The notes beneath the pieces are model-generated. The model was not told the origin of the DNA. It did not search any database and saw only the letters and a program-made list of their open reading frames with translations. DNA of 64,000 nt from Octopus bimaculoides (taxonomy: Eukaryota): assembly GCF_001194135.2 (NCBI RefSeq), contig NC_068981.1, forward strand, positions 105,337,901-105,401,900, given 5' to 3'. The translations under genes were made by a program, and so were the position numbers. Of the stretch, positions 38,401 to 50,930 are shown piece by piece (the first letter of the stretch is position 1; each line of letters begins with the position of its first letter).

Positions 38401-41259
38401 GGTGTGATGAACTTAGTAACTGTGACACTTTTCGAAAGTTAATTGTTCCTTGTCCAAATAAGGCAAAGACACACCTACTGTTATTGTGTTCTACGCGCAA
38501 AATTAAATTTTACCAAAAGCAACAAACTTGTTTTATCTTTTAATGCAACATGAGTGTGTGCGCGCGCGAATATGTGTGTGTGTATCAGGCACATACCATC
38601 AGTAATTACTCAGGGTGGGCAGTTATGACCTTTATGTAGTAAAATAAAAAATAAGCGAAATACAGGCGTGCAACTGAGTTGAAGGCAGATTTATTTCTGC
38701 CTTTATAGCACGTAAAGAAAGCGGTGTTGTAGAGTGCATGTGTACTACAACAGTATTATACATAGCTTAAATACTGAGATTGAAAAGCAGGGGCGAATTA
38801 TGATTACCTAATCTACAAAAAAATAAAATATTTTACATTTTATGCATAGTAATCAGAGTAACCTTCATAATTTGATTGAATTAGGTGCATACTTTGCCAT
38901 AAAAGGAAAATGCTGCTACCGATCTATTTTATTCAAGGTAGGCACTGTTTTCTAGTATAAGCACAAGGCCTGAAATTTTGTGGGAAGGGGCAAGTCGATT
39001 ACATCGGTAAACTTAGGTATTTGTCTCGAGATAGCATCTCTTATAAACGTATAGCATTAAAAACATAAATAAATGAGGAGCAGGCAAAAATCGACCCACC
39101 GCAGTGGTGACATTGCTAAATGCCCATTTCTGCCACCTTGGGTTTCGTCAGAAGCAAGTATCCACTAGAAACCATATGCTGAGACAAATCTTAACCGCCA
39201 CTCATATAGAAAAAACAGTAACTAAAAAGGAACTGATATCGCAGTTGACTGGTAGGCTAAATTAAAATCCATTATGAACTATAGAAGCTATAATAGTGCA
39301 AAATAGCAATCTGTGTATTATACTTAAATTGTATACATCGTTGAGAGCCTGGTAAACTGAGGTATGCGTCTCTAGATAGCATTTCTTATAAATGTATAGT
39401 CTAAAAAATATAATCACAGAAATATATCAGCAGCAGATGAAAATTGTCTAGTAGCGGTGCTGGGATTGTTTCATCAGTAACAAGGCAGACTTAATTATAA
39501 ATATGCTACAGAATACAATTTACAAAAATAAATGGACAATAACTGAAAGAAAGAAAGAAAAAAAGAACATACACAGTCTCTCAATCATACACTGCGGTTG
39601 GGAATATTAGTGTTTCCTTCTAAAAGTTTTTGAGACACCCCAAGTGTGCATTTTATCGGTCACTTATACATTATTTAATACGTCAAAGAATCTTCCAACT
39701 GCATTTCACCATTTTTGCCCAGCTAGTCCTCATTGTGATAACATATATGATGGGATGGCAAGCACTCACTCAAATGACTCCAATAAGTATTTACAGGAGG
39801 TTAATGGTACCTGTATCACACATCTATATCAATGTTGATTGCATTTTCCAAAATGGCAATACAGGTTACCATCATCTCACCTCATACACAGTTACACAGT
39901 ACATGGTTCTAGAAATTATATTATGCTCCTCAATAAATTGAAGGAGATTATCGTGATTATATTATTCATTATAAACAAACATTCAAAAGAATGATTAAAA
40001 CATGAAATAAGTTAACGAAAGTGTTCAATAAAAGTCTTACACAAGAGGTATACAACATTGGAAAATCTTTAATTTTCTATGAGTGTGTTCATAAAGCCCG
40101 CCACGTATAGTTGTTTAAAACCCATATATGCCCATAAAACGAAGTCTTGAAATTTCACTGTACTTAGATTAAGCTTTCACAATCTGGAAGAGAAGGACAG
40201 TATGCAACTGTTAGTTACTGAACATTTTGTATGCTCAGTCAGATGCTTCCTGGCAAGTCCATGTACAAACAAGTAGGAGCAGGTTTTGCATTGCAAAAAT
40301 GCAACCACGGGTATATATAGGTTAAGCCCTGGTTAGCCTCCGTCAAGTATTCCTATGATTAAAGGCATCAAACTGTTACTTACCTATATTTTATTCCGAC
40401 AATATGGTTAGGACATTACATTTTTTTTTTTTTGCTCTCATCTGAACATCATATTGACATTTTTTCTTTTATAGATTTTCAGAAGAATGCCTGGATTTTT
40501 GCATTTTTACTACCAACTAACAAAAATTGGCTGTCAAATAAGTACAACCTGAGAGTTCGACAATCAGCAGATAAAGTTCTTGGCCTATAGTCTTCCACAA
40601 CATTAAAAAATTTGAAAGGTTTCAAATTTTGGCACAAGGCGAGCAGTTTTAGGGTGGAGTAGTAAGTCGATTGTATCGACCCAATAATTAACTGATACTT
40701 GTTTTATCAACTCCTCAAGACCAGCAAGTTCAAGAGAAAGAGTAAGTCGATTATATCAGCCCCAATACAATAATAATCTAATCCTTTTTACTATGAGCAC
40801 AAGGCCTGAAATTTTGGGGAGAACCTAGTCAATTACATCAACCTCAGTGTGTGACTGGTACTTGTTCTTAAAGAGCAAATGGCTCCGACAGATATCAATA
40901 TTTAGCGCTACTGACATTTGTGATCCTAAATGACATACATACATACACGTGCGCACACACATTAATAAAAGAAGTGACCAATAGCAGGAGAAATAATTTT
41001 ATCATACCCTTTTAGTGCTTTCATTCCTCAGAATTGATCAAAAATTGTGTGTCACTGTGTATGAGATTTTGCTTTGTATACATGTGTGGGAGATGTTAGC
41101 TGTTTGCTAAAAATTATTACTCTTTAAAACGAGCAATTTATACATACATCTGGCACAAGCCAATACACTTGGAACATTCACCTGCTAAGTAGAGTGATAC
41201 AATGCTCCGCCTAACAGGTTCAAATCCTAGCAAAATCACAACAAACACTTTAATATTCC

Positions 41260-42070
41260 CAAAGATAGATAGTTGCAGCAAAAAGTAGTAGTGAGACATG
41301 GTTATGGTATCAGAAAGGAAAGTTAAAAAGGGAGACAGAAAGTTTGTTAGTAACTGTACAAGATCAAGCATTAATGGATAAAAGCCAAGACAGACAAAAA
41401 CCAAGTAGATTCCCAATGTAGGCTATGCAAATCAAAAGAGGAAAGTGTTACTCATATAGTAAGTGAATGTAACATGCTAGCACAGAAAAAATACAAGAAA
41501 ATACATGTCAACCTGGGGAGAGTTGTGTAGAAAGCTAGGATTTGAANNNNNNNNNNATGCTAGCACAGAAAAAATACAAGAAAATACATGTCAACCTGGG
41601 GAGAGTTGTGTAGAAAGCTAGGATTTGAACATACTGATAAATGGTATGAACATGAACCTAGTAAAGTAATAGAAAGTAAGAAATACAAGATGTGGGACTT
41701 TAACATTCAGACTGACAGAGTAATAGAAGCTAGAAGGCCTGATTCAGTAGTAGTAGTAGTAGATAAAGAGAATAGAAAGTGCCAGATATTTGACTTTACA
41801 GTTCCAAATGATGAAAAATTAATGAGAGGTATAGGAAAATGGAAGTATGAGGACTAGCTATTGAATTACAGAGTCTATGGAAAGTGCGGGTAAAATGTAT
41901 CCCAGTAGTTATAGGTGCATTGGGAACTATCCCTAAAGATCTGAACAGATGGATAGAGAAAATAAACATAAAACCCAGTTTAGTACAGATGCAGAAAACA
42001 GTTATTAGGGACAGCAAGGATACTTAGGAGGATTCTTGGCATCTATGTTTACTTGCTGTAACCCAGTAAG
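41260..42070 (+). mobile_element. R4/Dong-like non-LTR retrotransposon 3' fragment (zinc knuckle + restriction-like endonuclease)
   Basis: CRLCKSKEESVTHIVSEC, then WDFNIQTDRVIEARRPD..VDKENRKCQIFDFTVPND...KYED...IPVVIGALG; frameshifted. Confidence 0.85.
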
Positions 42071-42329
42071 AGGGTTCTTGGCATCTAAGGCTAATTGTTG
42101 TAGACCAATGTTAAGATTCTTTTCTTTTCCAAAAGTCTAATCTGTTAAGTGTGTATGAAAAAATAATAAGAAGAAGAAGGCATGAACAGTCAGTAGGGCT
42201 CAAAATTTTATTCATAAAGAAATAAAATAGAAAAAATTTGAAGCATTTTTTTTTTTTAGTCAAAGAAGGAAATTATCAAGAATCCTGAATAAGCCGAAAC
42301 AAAAATATTTCAAAACAAATACTTGCCAG

Positions 42330-43500
42330 TAAGATTGATCCAAATCAAGGTGCTTGCAACACTCTCTCACACCCTAGAACAGAAAAGACTCAAGAAACAC
42401 CATCATCAGAGGAAAACAACAGCAGCAATCAAGTTTGTAAAAGGAGAAAAGCCATTGAGGACAGCTAAAAAGGACAAATAACTTACTTCATGGGTCCCAA
42501 TTATGAGATATGAAAGTAGTCCTGGGGAAAGACTGCAGTTTCCCCAGGTCATCCATACAACCCTGAAGCCAGATATAGCTCCATGGTCTGAAAAGGCAAG
42601 GAAATCTTGATTGGGTTTACAGTCCAGTAGGAAGAAGGGTGTGATAAGGCCTATGAACTGAAACGTGCCAGGTACGAGAGCCTTCTGCAGAATCACAGAG
42701 AGAAAGGATGGTAGTCATGACTTTTCCCAGTCAAGGTTGGCTGTAGGAGATACCATGAACTTTCTTTTTTCCACAAGAGTTCCAGACCCCAGTTATGAAC
42801 TCATTTACATACAGCCAATCAGAGTTCAACTATCAAACTAATTCATGAGCACATAACAAGTGATGGGTGATAAGGTCATTTGGTTAAGGAATGACCATGC
42901 TTCTTTTCTCTTTTAATAATGCTTGTTGTCCTTGTTCTAATTTCAACCATGGCTGCCTCTGCATAGTTACTTGTGTTGTTGTTTACTATCTAAAACAGTA
43001 AGGGGAGAGGGTTGGTAGCACATCAACCTCTACCCACATTTTTCCCATTCACATCTTTACCATATGGAGCCCTAACAAAATCCGATAATACATATAGATG
43101 TAAATCTAATTACTTGTCTCCTAAAATCAGGCACAACTTGGCAATCAGTCGACTCACAACACTATTCTTTGTATTGAGTTTACTGGGTCAAGGTGAGCTC
43201 TGATTGGCTGTATGCAAATGAGTTCATTACTGGTGTCTGGAACTCTCATGGGAAAAATTTTCGCTTCCCGGCCCAGTCAGTACGGAGGATGCTTACAGCT
43301 ATTGGAATGAAAGGAAGAGAGCGAAGGGTGGCTGTGTGCAGTATGGGAGAGGCAGCAGAAAGAGCCGTTTGCTGGTTATGGTGCAGGGGAGAGAAGTTGA
43401 GCTGGAAGCCATATCACCCACCAACGGGAGGGTGATATGGTTCAGGATCGAAATACCTGATGATCGTTGTATACCGTCTGATGACATCAGTTCCTCCTGG
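42330..43500 (+). mobile_element. HERO-like non-LTR retrotransposon 3' fragment interrupted by about 500 bp
   Basis: Broken frames give LQFPQVIHTTLKPDI...EEGCDKAYELKRARYESL...GW..FPVKVGCR (42540-42750) and FPAQSVRRMLTAIG...GEAAERAVCWLW (43265-43400). Confidence 0.7.
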
Positions 43501-43849
43501 CCAAAGCTCCGTTCACTTTGATGAGTGAAAGAGAAGTACCTTCTTCTAGGTTTTATCAATAACAACATAAAATCTCGTAAAATTTAATAACAATCAGGGT
43601 TTGAGGTTGAGTTAGGTTTTAGAACCTAGGATTAAGTTTAAGGTTTTAGATTTCGGGTTCAAAGTAGTGTTTAGGCTAAGTACAGATTACCCAGAATGTG
43701 TACTCAGTAATGAAACTACTAATATTATGCTTCACTTACTGAAAATTCGAAAATTAAAAACGACAGTAAAATATATTTATATAATTATGTTTTCGTAAGA
43801 TCGCTGGCAATCTTTCATTTCGTTTTTAGTACAATTTACGTCACTTATA

Positions 43850-44536
43850 AAGCACGTGCTTTTGTTTATGTGTCTGAAAAAGATCGTCGCTTTCCGTAAA
43901 ATTAAAAAATTTTTTTTTACTTATGTAGGGGAGCAGGGGACTTATCTTTTGAAGTCAGCGTAAAGCGAAAGAGACAGAGAGAGCAACTGATATCTGTGTT
44001 GATGGGGTGTGCGAGACAGAAAGTGTGGTGATGTGTAAAGACACAGAGAGGCAACATACATGCAAACAACAAGCAAAAACAAAAAACATACCTTCTCTCT
44101 CTCACACATGAACATGTATGCAATAGGTGTACGTACGTATGTGTGTGTCACTGAAGCTAGCCATACACACATTCATACATACATAACCTCTCTCTCTTTT
44201 TCTCTGTCAATCACTCACACATTATCTCACTACAAAAAGTAAATAATTAAAAATTCAGTTATCTCTCTCTCTCAGATACACCTGCACATACACACAGTTT
44301 CTGTCTGGCAAACCCCATCAACACACATACATCCATTGCTTCTCTGTGTCGCTTCACACACACTAACAAAACAACTTCCCATGCACACCACACTTTCTGT
44401 CGCGCACACCCCCATCAACGCACACACATATTGCTGTGTCTCCTTTGCTTTACGCCGGCTTCAAAATATAAGTCAGCTGTTTCCTCACATAATTAAAGAT
44501 ATAAGAACCTTTTACAGAAAGCGACGATCTTTTTCA
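43850..44536. mobile_element. About 690-bp non-autonomous DNA element with long (about 170-bp) imperfect TIRs
   Basis: tgaaaaagatcgtcgctttccgtaaaa...ttttgaagtcagcgtaaagcgaaa...gatggggtgtgcgagacagaaagtgtggtg is mirrored at 44385-44536; the right end is shorter than the left. Confidence 0.8.
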
Positions 44537-44561
44537 TAATTTTTCTAAAACATTAATGCCG

Positions 44562-44633
44562 TTCCCATGCCGGGAATCGAACCCGGGCCGCCTGGGTGAA
44601 AGCCAGGAATCCTAACCACTAGACCACATGGGA
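44562..44633 (-). tRNA. tRNA-Glu (anticodon UUC)
   Basis: TCCCATGTGGTCTAGTGGTTAGGATTCCTGGCTTTCACCCAGGCGGCCCGGGTTCGATTCCCGGCATGGGAA: 72 nt, full cloverleaf, anticodon loop CT-TTC-AC, intact A and B boxes, TTTT terminator about 12 nt downstream. Confidence 0.97.
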
Positions 44634-44839
44634 TGACGTTTAAAATAGTCAATATTATAATTTAAATACTAATATTGAGCAGCTTCAAAATTTAGTTTCT
44701 TTTTAGTTATTTTTTCAGTGGTTATACGTTGTGTACTATAATTCTAAACTAATAATGATTATAATTGCAATACAATTTACGACGTTTATTGTGACAAGCT
44801 CATAATTCTTATACAACCACATGAGACTATGAGGAAAAA

Positions 44840-45200
44840 TAGATCAATATAAAGATCTTCACCGGAGAACAACAGAAAAATAATAATAATAATCAGCCTG
44901 CTGGGTGTTAACAAGTATGTAGAGAACGAATATGAAAAAAAAAGATCCGATTTTTCCCTCATAACTTTCGATAAAATGGATATATATTGATTTTTTTGGT
45001 CAATATAAAGATCCTCACCCGGGAACAAAAAAGAAAAAATAATAAGCCAGTCTGTTGGGTGTTAACATGTATGTAGAAAACGAATATGAAAAAAAATGCG
45101 CACTGACGACCCTGGGGGTGGAGAGGGGACTTTCGGAAAATCCACAAGATCCGATTTTTCCGACATAATTTCAGGCAAAATGGATATATATTGATCTTTT
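44840..45200. repeat. About 155-bp tandem duplication (two units plus partial), with a related copy at about 55850-55920
   Basis: tcaatataaagatc(t/c)tcacc.g.gaacaa...ctg.tgggtgttaaca.gtatgtaga.aacgaatatgaaaaaaa is repeated. Confidence 0.75.
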
Positions 45201-45362
45201 TTATGGAATCCTACGTTTTTGGTTATGAAGGATCCGATTCTGAAAAAAAAAAAATTTTCAAAAAATCGCATTTTCAAAATTTCGATTTACCCTCCCCACA
45301 CATACACACACACACAACCTCACTTTTATATATAGAGAGATTGCCACTAGCTCTCGGAGAGC

Positions 45363-45500
45363 ATAGAACGTTACGATATTGGTTATTCTACGAAGGATAT
45401 CCCAACACCATCCAATGAGTTCTATACAAAAATGCTGCTAGAGAAAATGATAGACCTCATACGGCGAATGAGTTGGAAGGCATTTTTCTACGATCAAGGA
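45363..45500 (+). mobile_element. N-terminal remnant of a Naiad-type Penelope-like element ORF
   Basis: ERYDIGYSTKDIPTPSNEFYTKMLLEKMIDLIRRMSWKAFF resembles the YS.KNIP.PS..Y...LIEK....I.RMRWKA.FF N-terminus I associate with this PLE clade (recognition from memory). Confidence 0.55.
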
Positions 45501-45539
45501 ACGCAACCATCCGAGGCCAAAAGAATAAAAGAATATATA

Positions 45540-46428
45540 CGAGTTCTGATCAATAAGTATCCGGGTTGTTGCCATAGTAACGAAGCTAAAACATGCAGAG
45601 TAAAGCCACTTGACAAAAGATTGACCTTGAACTCTGCTGTACATGTGCAATAAGTTTTAACATTCTGTCTCATTGCCGCTGTTTACAGCAGTGCTTGGAA
45701 GGAAGATTTGTAGCGTGTGATCGTCACACTAACCATGACAGAGAAAGTTGTTATGGTGATATCTGCTCAGAGGCCTATGTAAAGTTGCAGAAAGTGTATG
45801 GAGAGAAGTGTATGAGTTGCACATAAGTGTACAAGTGGTTGAGACGTTTGCAAGATGGCCGAAAAATTTTGATATTGACGAACGTTCTGGGAAGCCCACA
45901 ACCAGCAGAACTGAGAAAAACATCGAAGATGTGCATGCAGCTGTGAATGGAAATCGTTGAATCACCATTTGTAAGTTATCAGAGGATGTGCAGATTCGTT
46001 ATGGTTCAGTTCAGTCCATTATCAGTGAAGATTTGTGTATGAGACGCGTGTCCGCCAAGTTTGTGTCAAAACTGCTTTCTGCTGACCAAAAAGACACCCA
46101 GGTTTCAGTTGTACAAGATCACCTTGATTGCGTTGATAATGATGGAAACCTTTTGAAAACTTTGCATGGGTTTTTGAGCAGGTACCACCAAGCTTTGAGC
46201 AAAATATGATGCAGATTCTCTGTTCAACTTTCTCTGTCATGGTCAATGCGATGATCACACACTACACACTTTCCTTCCAAGCACTGCTGTAAACAGCAGA
46301 AGTGAGCTAGAACGTTAAAACTTAGGGTGCGTGCATGGCAGGGCTCAAGGTCAATCTGTGCCAAGTGGCTTCACTTTGCCTGTCTTGTTATTATGGTAAC
46401 CATCTGGATACTTATTGATCAGACCACG
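45540..46428. mobile_element. mariner-derived element built from two inverted 5' ends, TA TSD
   Basis: TA|CGAGTTCTGATCAATAAGTATCC ... GGATACTTATTGATCAGACCACG|TA. About 200-bp arms each end in MTEKV. Transposase HTH remnants ERSGKPTTSRTE...RRVSAKFVSKLL (plus) and MTEKVEQRICIIFCSKLG (minus). Confidence 0.85.
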
Positions 46429-47133
46429 TATATATATGTGTGTGTGTGTAGCATTTCAGGAAAGTTATTTTTGTTGTCGCATCATAGCACAGTCGTGCTA
46501 TGGCATTCTCCAACCAATCAGTTCTCTGCCCATGAAGTGAAGTGGGAGTTTTAATCAGTTAGGAGACAGACTGCGAACCACCAACATCACTTCTTCCTCA
46601 TGGAACAGCTTCTTTGTTTTTGTCTCCAACTTCGCGCAGCTAACTCTGAATTATATCAGCTCTTGATTTGTCACATCATGAACAGCCTATTTCATTTATG
46701 CTAACTTTGCTTCGCGAAAGTCTGGATGACATCAGCCACAACTCTGCCTCATAATGAACAGTATATTTTCATTTAAGCTAGCTCCTTTCCTTTTGGCTTA
46801 TAATGACTTCCAACCAAATCTGTTTTTCAAACGTAAGTTATAATGCTTTTCCTGACACATGCATACACACAGGCTACACTCTTTTTACTTGTTAGCTATT
46901 ATAAAAATTTAATAAACTAAATTATTCATTTAAAAACTGCCTTCTGATATTCTGTTACACATGCTTCTCAAAAGCTCATTTACTGGGCTTTTCCATGAAC
47001 ATTTTCATACTATAAATTAGTGACCACACTCATTAAATTGGTGACACTATAAATCGTCTCTGCTAAATATATANNNNNNNNNNNNNNNNNNNNNNNNNNN
47101 NNNNNNNNNNNNNNNNNNNNNNNNNNNNNNNNN

Positions 47134-47182
<49 letters not shown>

Positions 47183-47569
47183 TGGTATATTCTGTTAAGA
47201 ACGTAGTAGAATACCATATAAAAAGCTTGTCCACCTTCAGATAGCACTACTGTGCTATCTAGTAGTATTATATGTACTTCCAGGTTTGTGTTTGAGCATC
47301 TGTTGTGTGTGAATAGACAATTGAAAATATTAGAGTCAACAAGAAAAAATATTGCTGGACATTTATCTTTTAATCACTACAATTGTTTCCATTCAATGTA
47401 GTTCTCCAGGAGTGTAGGTACTTGATTATGCAACTGTTTCCCTGCATTATGAGATCTAGTTGTGTTCTTCAGGCAATATGAACACACACACACACACACA
47501 TGATGGATTCTTTCGTTGTGAATGATAAAGGAGGGTTCAGTAAAATAAAGTGGTTATCATGTTCTATAG

Positions 47570-47850
47570 ATATACATGTGTCTCTTGAAGCCTGCTGGTG
47601 CTTTGCAAGCCTTTTGGCAACTGAAACAAGATGAGGATTCAGTTTGCTCAAGTGCTTGTGGATCATTTACTATGTGTTTTCTTGAGTGGACGGCAAGGCC
47701 TGCTTTGCTCCAGGGTACAAAACCACAATGACAGGTAAGGTTTTCATTTAGAGGGGTGGCATTTTGCTACCATGCCTTCATGCTCAAATGAAGTTGGTCC
47801 CGATGTTGGAGTTGACTTTGTTAAAATCTTTGAACTGAAGAGAAGCAGGA
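47570..47850 (-). mobile_element. LINE (RTE-like) C-terminal zinc-finger remnant
   Basis: Minus-strand frame LTCHCGFVPWSKAGLAVHSRKH...CFSCQKACKAPAGFKRH, C2H2-like. Confidence 0.45.
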
Positions 47851-48714
47851 TTGGCACCAAGGCCAGCATTCTAATGCTTTGTTTTCTCAGAATGAAAATG
47901 AAATATTACATTGCTTCAGATTGTCTTTGAATATATATATATATATACCTGTTGGCCAAAAGTTATATATATATATATATATCAATTAGAAAATGGAGGA
48001 TAATATGCTGAACCCAACTACCTGCAGACAGTGTATCCTGTTGAATTCATTAATTTAATTCATAGCTAAAGTGACAAAAAAAAACCCCCCACAAAGTACA
48101 GGAGCAGTATATTAGATAGATACTATCCCTTAGTGGGTTGAATCCTCAACCCCTAACTCTCTTGCATTATATATATANNNNNNNNNNNNNNNNNNNNNNN
48201 NNNNNNNNNNNNNNNNNNNNNNNNNNNNNNNNNNNNNNNNNNNNNNNNNNNNNNNNNNNNNNNNNNNNNNNNNNNNNNNNNNNNNNNNNNNNNNNNNNNN
48301 NNNNNNNNNNNNNNNNNNNNNNNNNNNNNNNNNNNNNNNNNNNNNNNNNNNNNNNNNNNNNNNNNNNNNNNNNNNNNNNNNNNNNNNNNNNNNNNNNNNN
48401 NNNNNNNNNNNNNNNNNNNNNNNNNNNNNNNNNNNNNNNNNNNNNNNNNNNNNNNNNNNNNNNNNNNNNNNNNNNNNNNNNNNNNNNNNNNNNNNNNNNN
48501 NNNTATATACATACAGAAATACAAATAGAGGTTACAAACCTCATTCAGGGATAGCAAAATCTTATGAAAGTACTGGTTAGTTACTGACATAAAGAATGTT
48601 GAACATTACAGTTAATACTCAACCGGGGTTTATATATGTCTATTTATTATAATAAAATAAGAAAATAGAGAGGTAATTAATAAATTATTATTTATTAATT
48701 AAAAAATTGACAAA

Positions 48715-48804
48715 CATCTCTTACAGCTGTTTCAGTTCAAGACCTTTAGAAAATTAATTAATAAAATTGAAAATTATTTGAAAGTCGAATCTCATCAGAG
48801 GTAG
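48715..48804 (-). ncRNA. Degenerate minimal type I hammerhead ribozyme motif
   Basis: CTGATGA (48798-48792) ... GAAAC-AGCT-GTA (48733-48722) with palindromic stem III ACAGCTGT; stems I and II only partly paired. Confidence 0.45.
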
Positions 48805-50823
48805 TTTATGATATACAAAATAGGTGTTCAATTCCTGCATGTTGAATAAACAGCTGCAAACCATTAACTGATAAAATTTATACATAAAGAATATAGTATT
48901 AACCATGGAATAGACCTTAGAAAGGGGAGGAAGGTTGTCTATATTAGAGTTGTAAAGTAAAAATAAATCAATATATTCATTTAGAGTGTTAGGTATAAGA
49001 AACCTCAAGTAGATATATTGGTAAAAATGTCATATTGTGATATTATGTCCATCAAATCAATAGAAAATTAGTATGTAGAGTTTAATTCAAGTGTGTATAG
49101 TTATAATTAATATTTAATTAAGGTGGAAGACATTCCAGGCAATCTATTAATTATTATAAATATCAAAAGAGTTAAAAGACTTATAAGATATATTAACTTA
49201 ATGCTAGGGTACATGAAAATTATAAAAAAAAACACAAGAATAAAGTAAAATATATAAAACAAAATAGAGTAAAAAGTAAAAATAGATAGATTAAAACTAA
49301 ATAGATAGATAAAGACTTACAAAATATAACCTTTCACTCCTTAAAAACATTTATTATTGAGCTAGACTAATGAAGATAAAGAACTATTGGACAAAAATTT
49401 AAAAATTTCAGATATGCAGCATTCCCTTTGGTGAGATACTTGATGTAAATATGCGAAGAGGCTCAGGTAAGAAGATATAGTATTTAACATAAATAAATAA
49501 GAATTAAAGGGAATAAATATATGCTAATAAAAGTAATAATAAGGGCTCAAATATGGGTCAATTCAACAAGTTAAATTAAAACGTATTAATAAGATTATTT
49601 GCCAGTGCCGCTGGACTGGCTCCTGTGCAGGTGGCATGTAAAATACACCATTTCGAGTGTGGCCATTGCCAGTACCTCCTGACTGGCCTTTGTGCCGGTG
49701 GCACGTTAAAGTACCCACTACACTCTCGGAGTGGTTGGCGTTAGGAAGGGCAAATCAGATTGGAGCCTGGTGTAGCCACCTGGTCCGCCAGTCCTTTGTC
49801 AAATCGTCCAACCCATGCTAGCATGGAAAGCGGACGTTAGATGATGACGATGATGATGATTTAAATAGTTAAATATAAGGCCCTCAAAACCGGACGTAGG
49901 TATTAATATAGAAGTGAAGAGCTAAAGAACAGCTGGGAATAATCTAAATTAGGGACATACCAAAGTGAAATCAGGTAGAAATAAATATGTATTATTTACA
50001 GTGAGTTAGAAAATAGCTACAGGTTTGGTTCATATAGTACACTTAATTTAGAGGTGAAGAGCTAATGAAAAACTAGGAACAATCTAAATTAGTGACATAC
50101 ACAAAATGAGATCTGGTAAATGTAAGCCTGTATATTTTATGGAGAATTAGAAAAAAGCTAAAATGTGAGGTTCTTATAGTATAATTCAAAATTAAAGCAA
50201 AAAAAATTATTATTATTATCATAAATGAATATGTTAATGGTTAGCTATACCTTCATGTAAGGAGATAAAAAGCGTAAAAAGTTTATTGTACATGAAATAG
50301 CAATATGTAGAAAGACAGAGAGGGGATACAGAGGAGTTATAAAAGGAATTATGCTTGCTAGGAGATAGGTAAAAGTAAACTGTAATTATATATAGTACAT
50401 ATATATAGGTGAAGATAGGACCAAATACGTAAAATTAATGGAAAAGAAAAACAGTCGAGGGGAGGTAATAGATAATTTACTAGAAAGCAAAACAAATAAG
50501 TAAATGGGGCTAGAGAGAAAATGTGGGGATTATAGTCTTAGAAGAGGAGTGCAAGGTATGAAGTAAAAATACTATATTAAATAATAAGTTAAGTGGATTT
50601 ATAACTAAAAATATTAAAGCATGCTATCAAGAATAGGAAGAAAAAAAGAAAGTAAAATATTTAATTAATTAAAGGCTGGAAGATAAAGGGAATAATAGTT
50701 TATTAGGAGGTAGGTACAAGAAACTGTTACTATAATATATATAATATATATAAATATATATGTATATATATATATATAAATTGTAAATCCAAAACAAAAA
50801 AATAACAACAAAACTACAAAGGA

Positions 50824-50930
50824 TTCCTCGGTACACGTGTTTCAAGCTCTACATGTGTATAATATAATATAATATAACATAATATAATATGTGTATAATC
50901 TACAATGTAAAGCTATCCTCAGCCGCAAAA
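50824..50930 (-). ncRNA. Minimal type I hammerhead ribozyme motif (left copy)
   Basis: TTTTGCGG-CTGAGGA-T-AGCTTTACA..loop..TGTAGAGCT-T-GAAAC-ACGT-GTA|CCGAGGAA; one mismatch in stem I. Confidence 0.65.

Noticed and set aside
39630-39941. 103-aa ORF upstream of PNPO
   Set aside because: No splice context or recognisable domain; at most a decayed transposon remnant.
41474-41629. Exact 73-bp direct repeat around a 10-N gap
   Set aside because: Typical unmerged contig overlap, not a biological duplication.
43440-43490. GAAA plus two CTGATGA motifs as a type II hammerhead
   Set aside because: Spacing leaves no room for stem I; it lies in the HERO-like 3'UTR.
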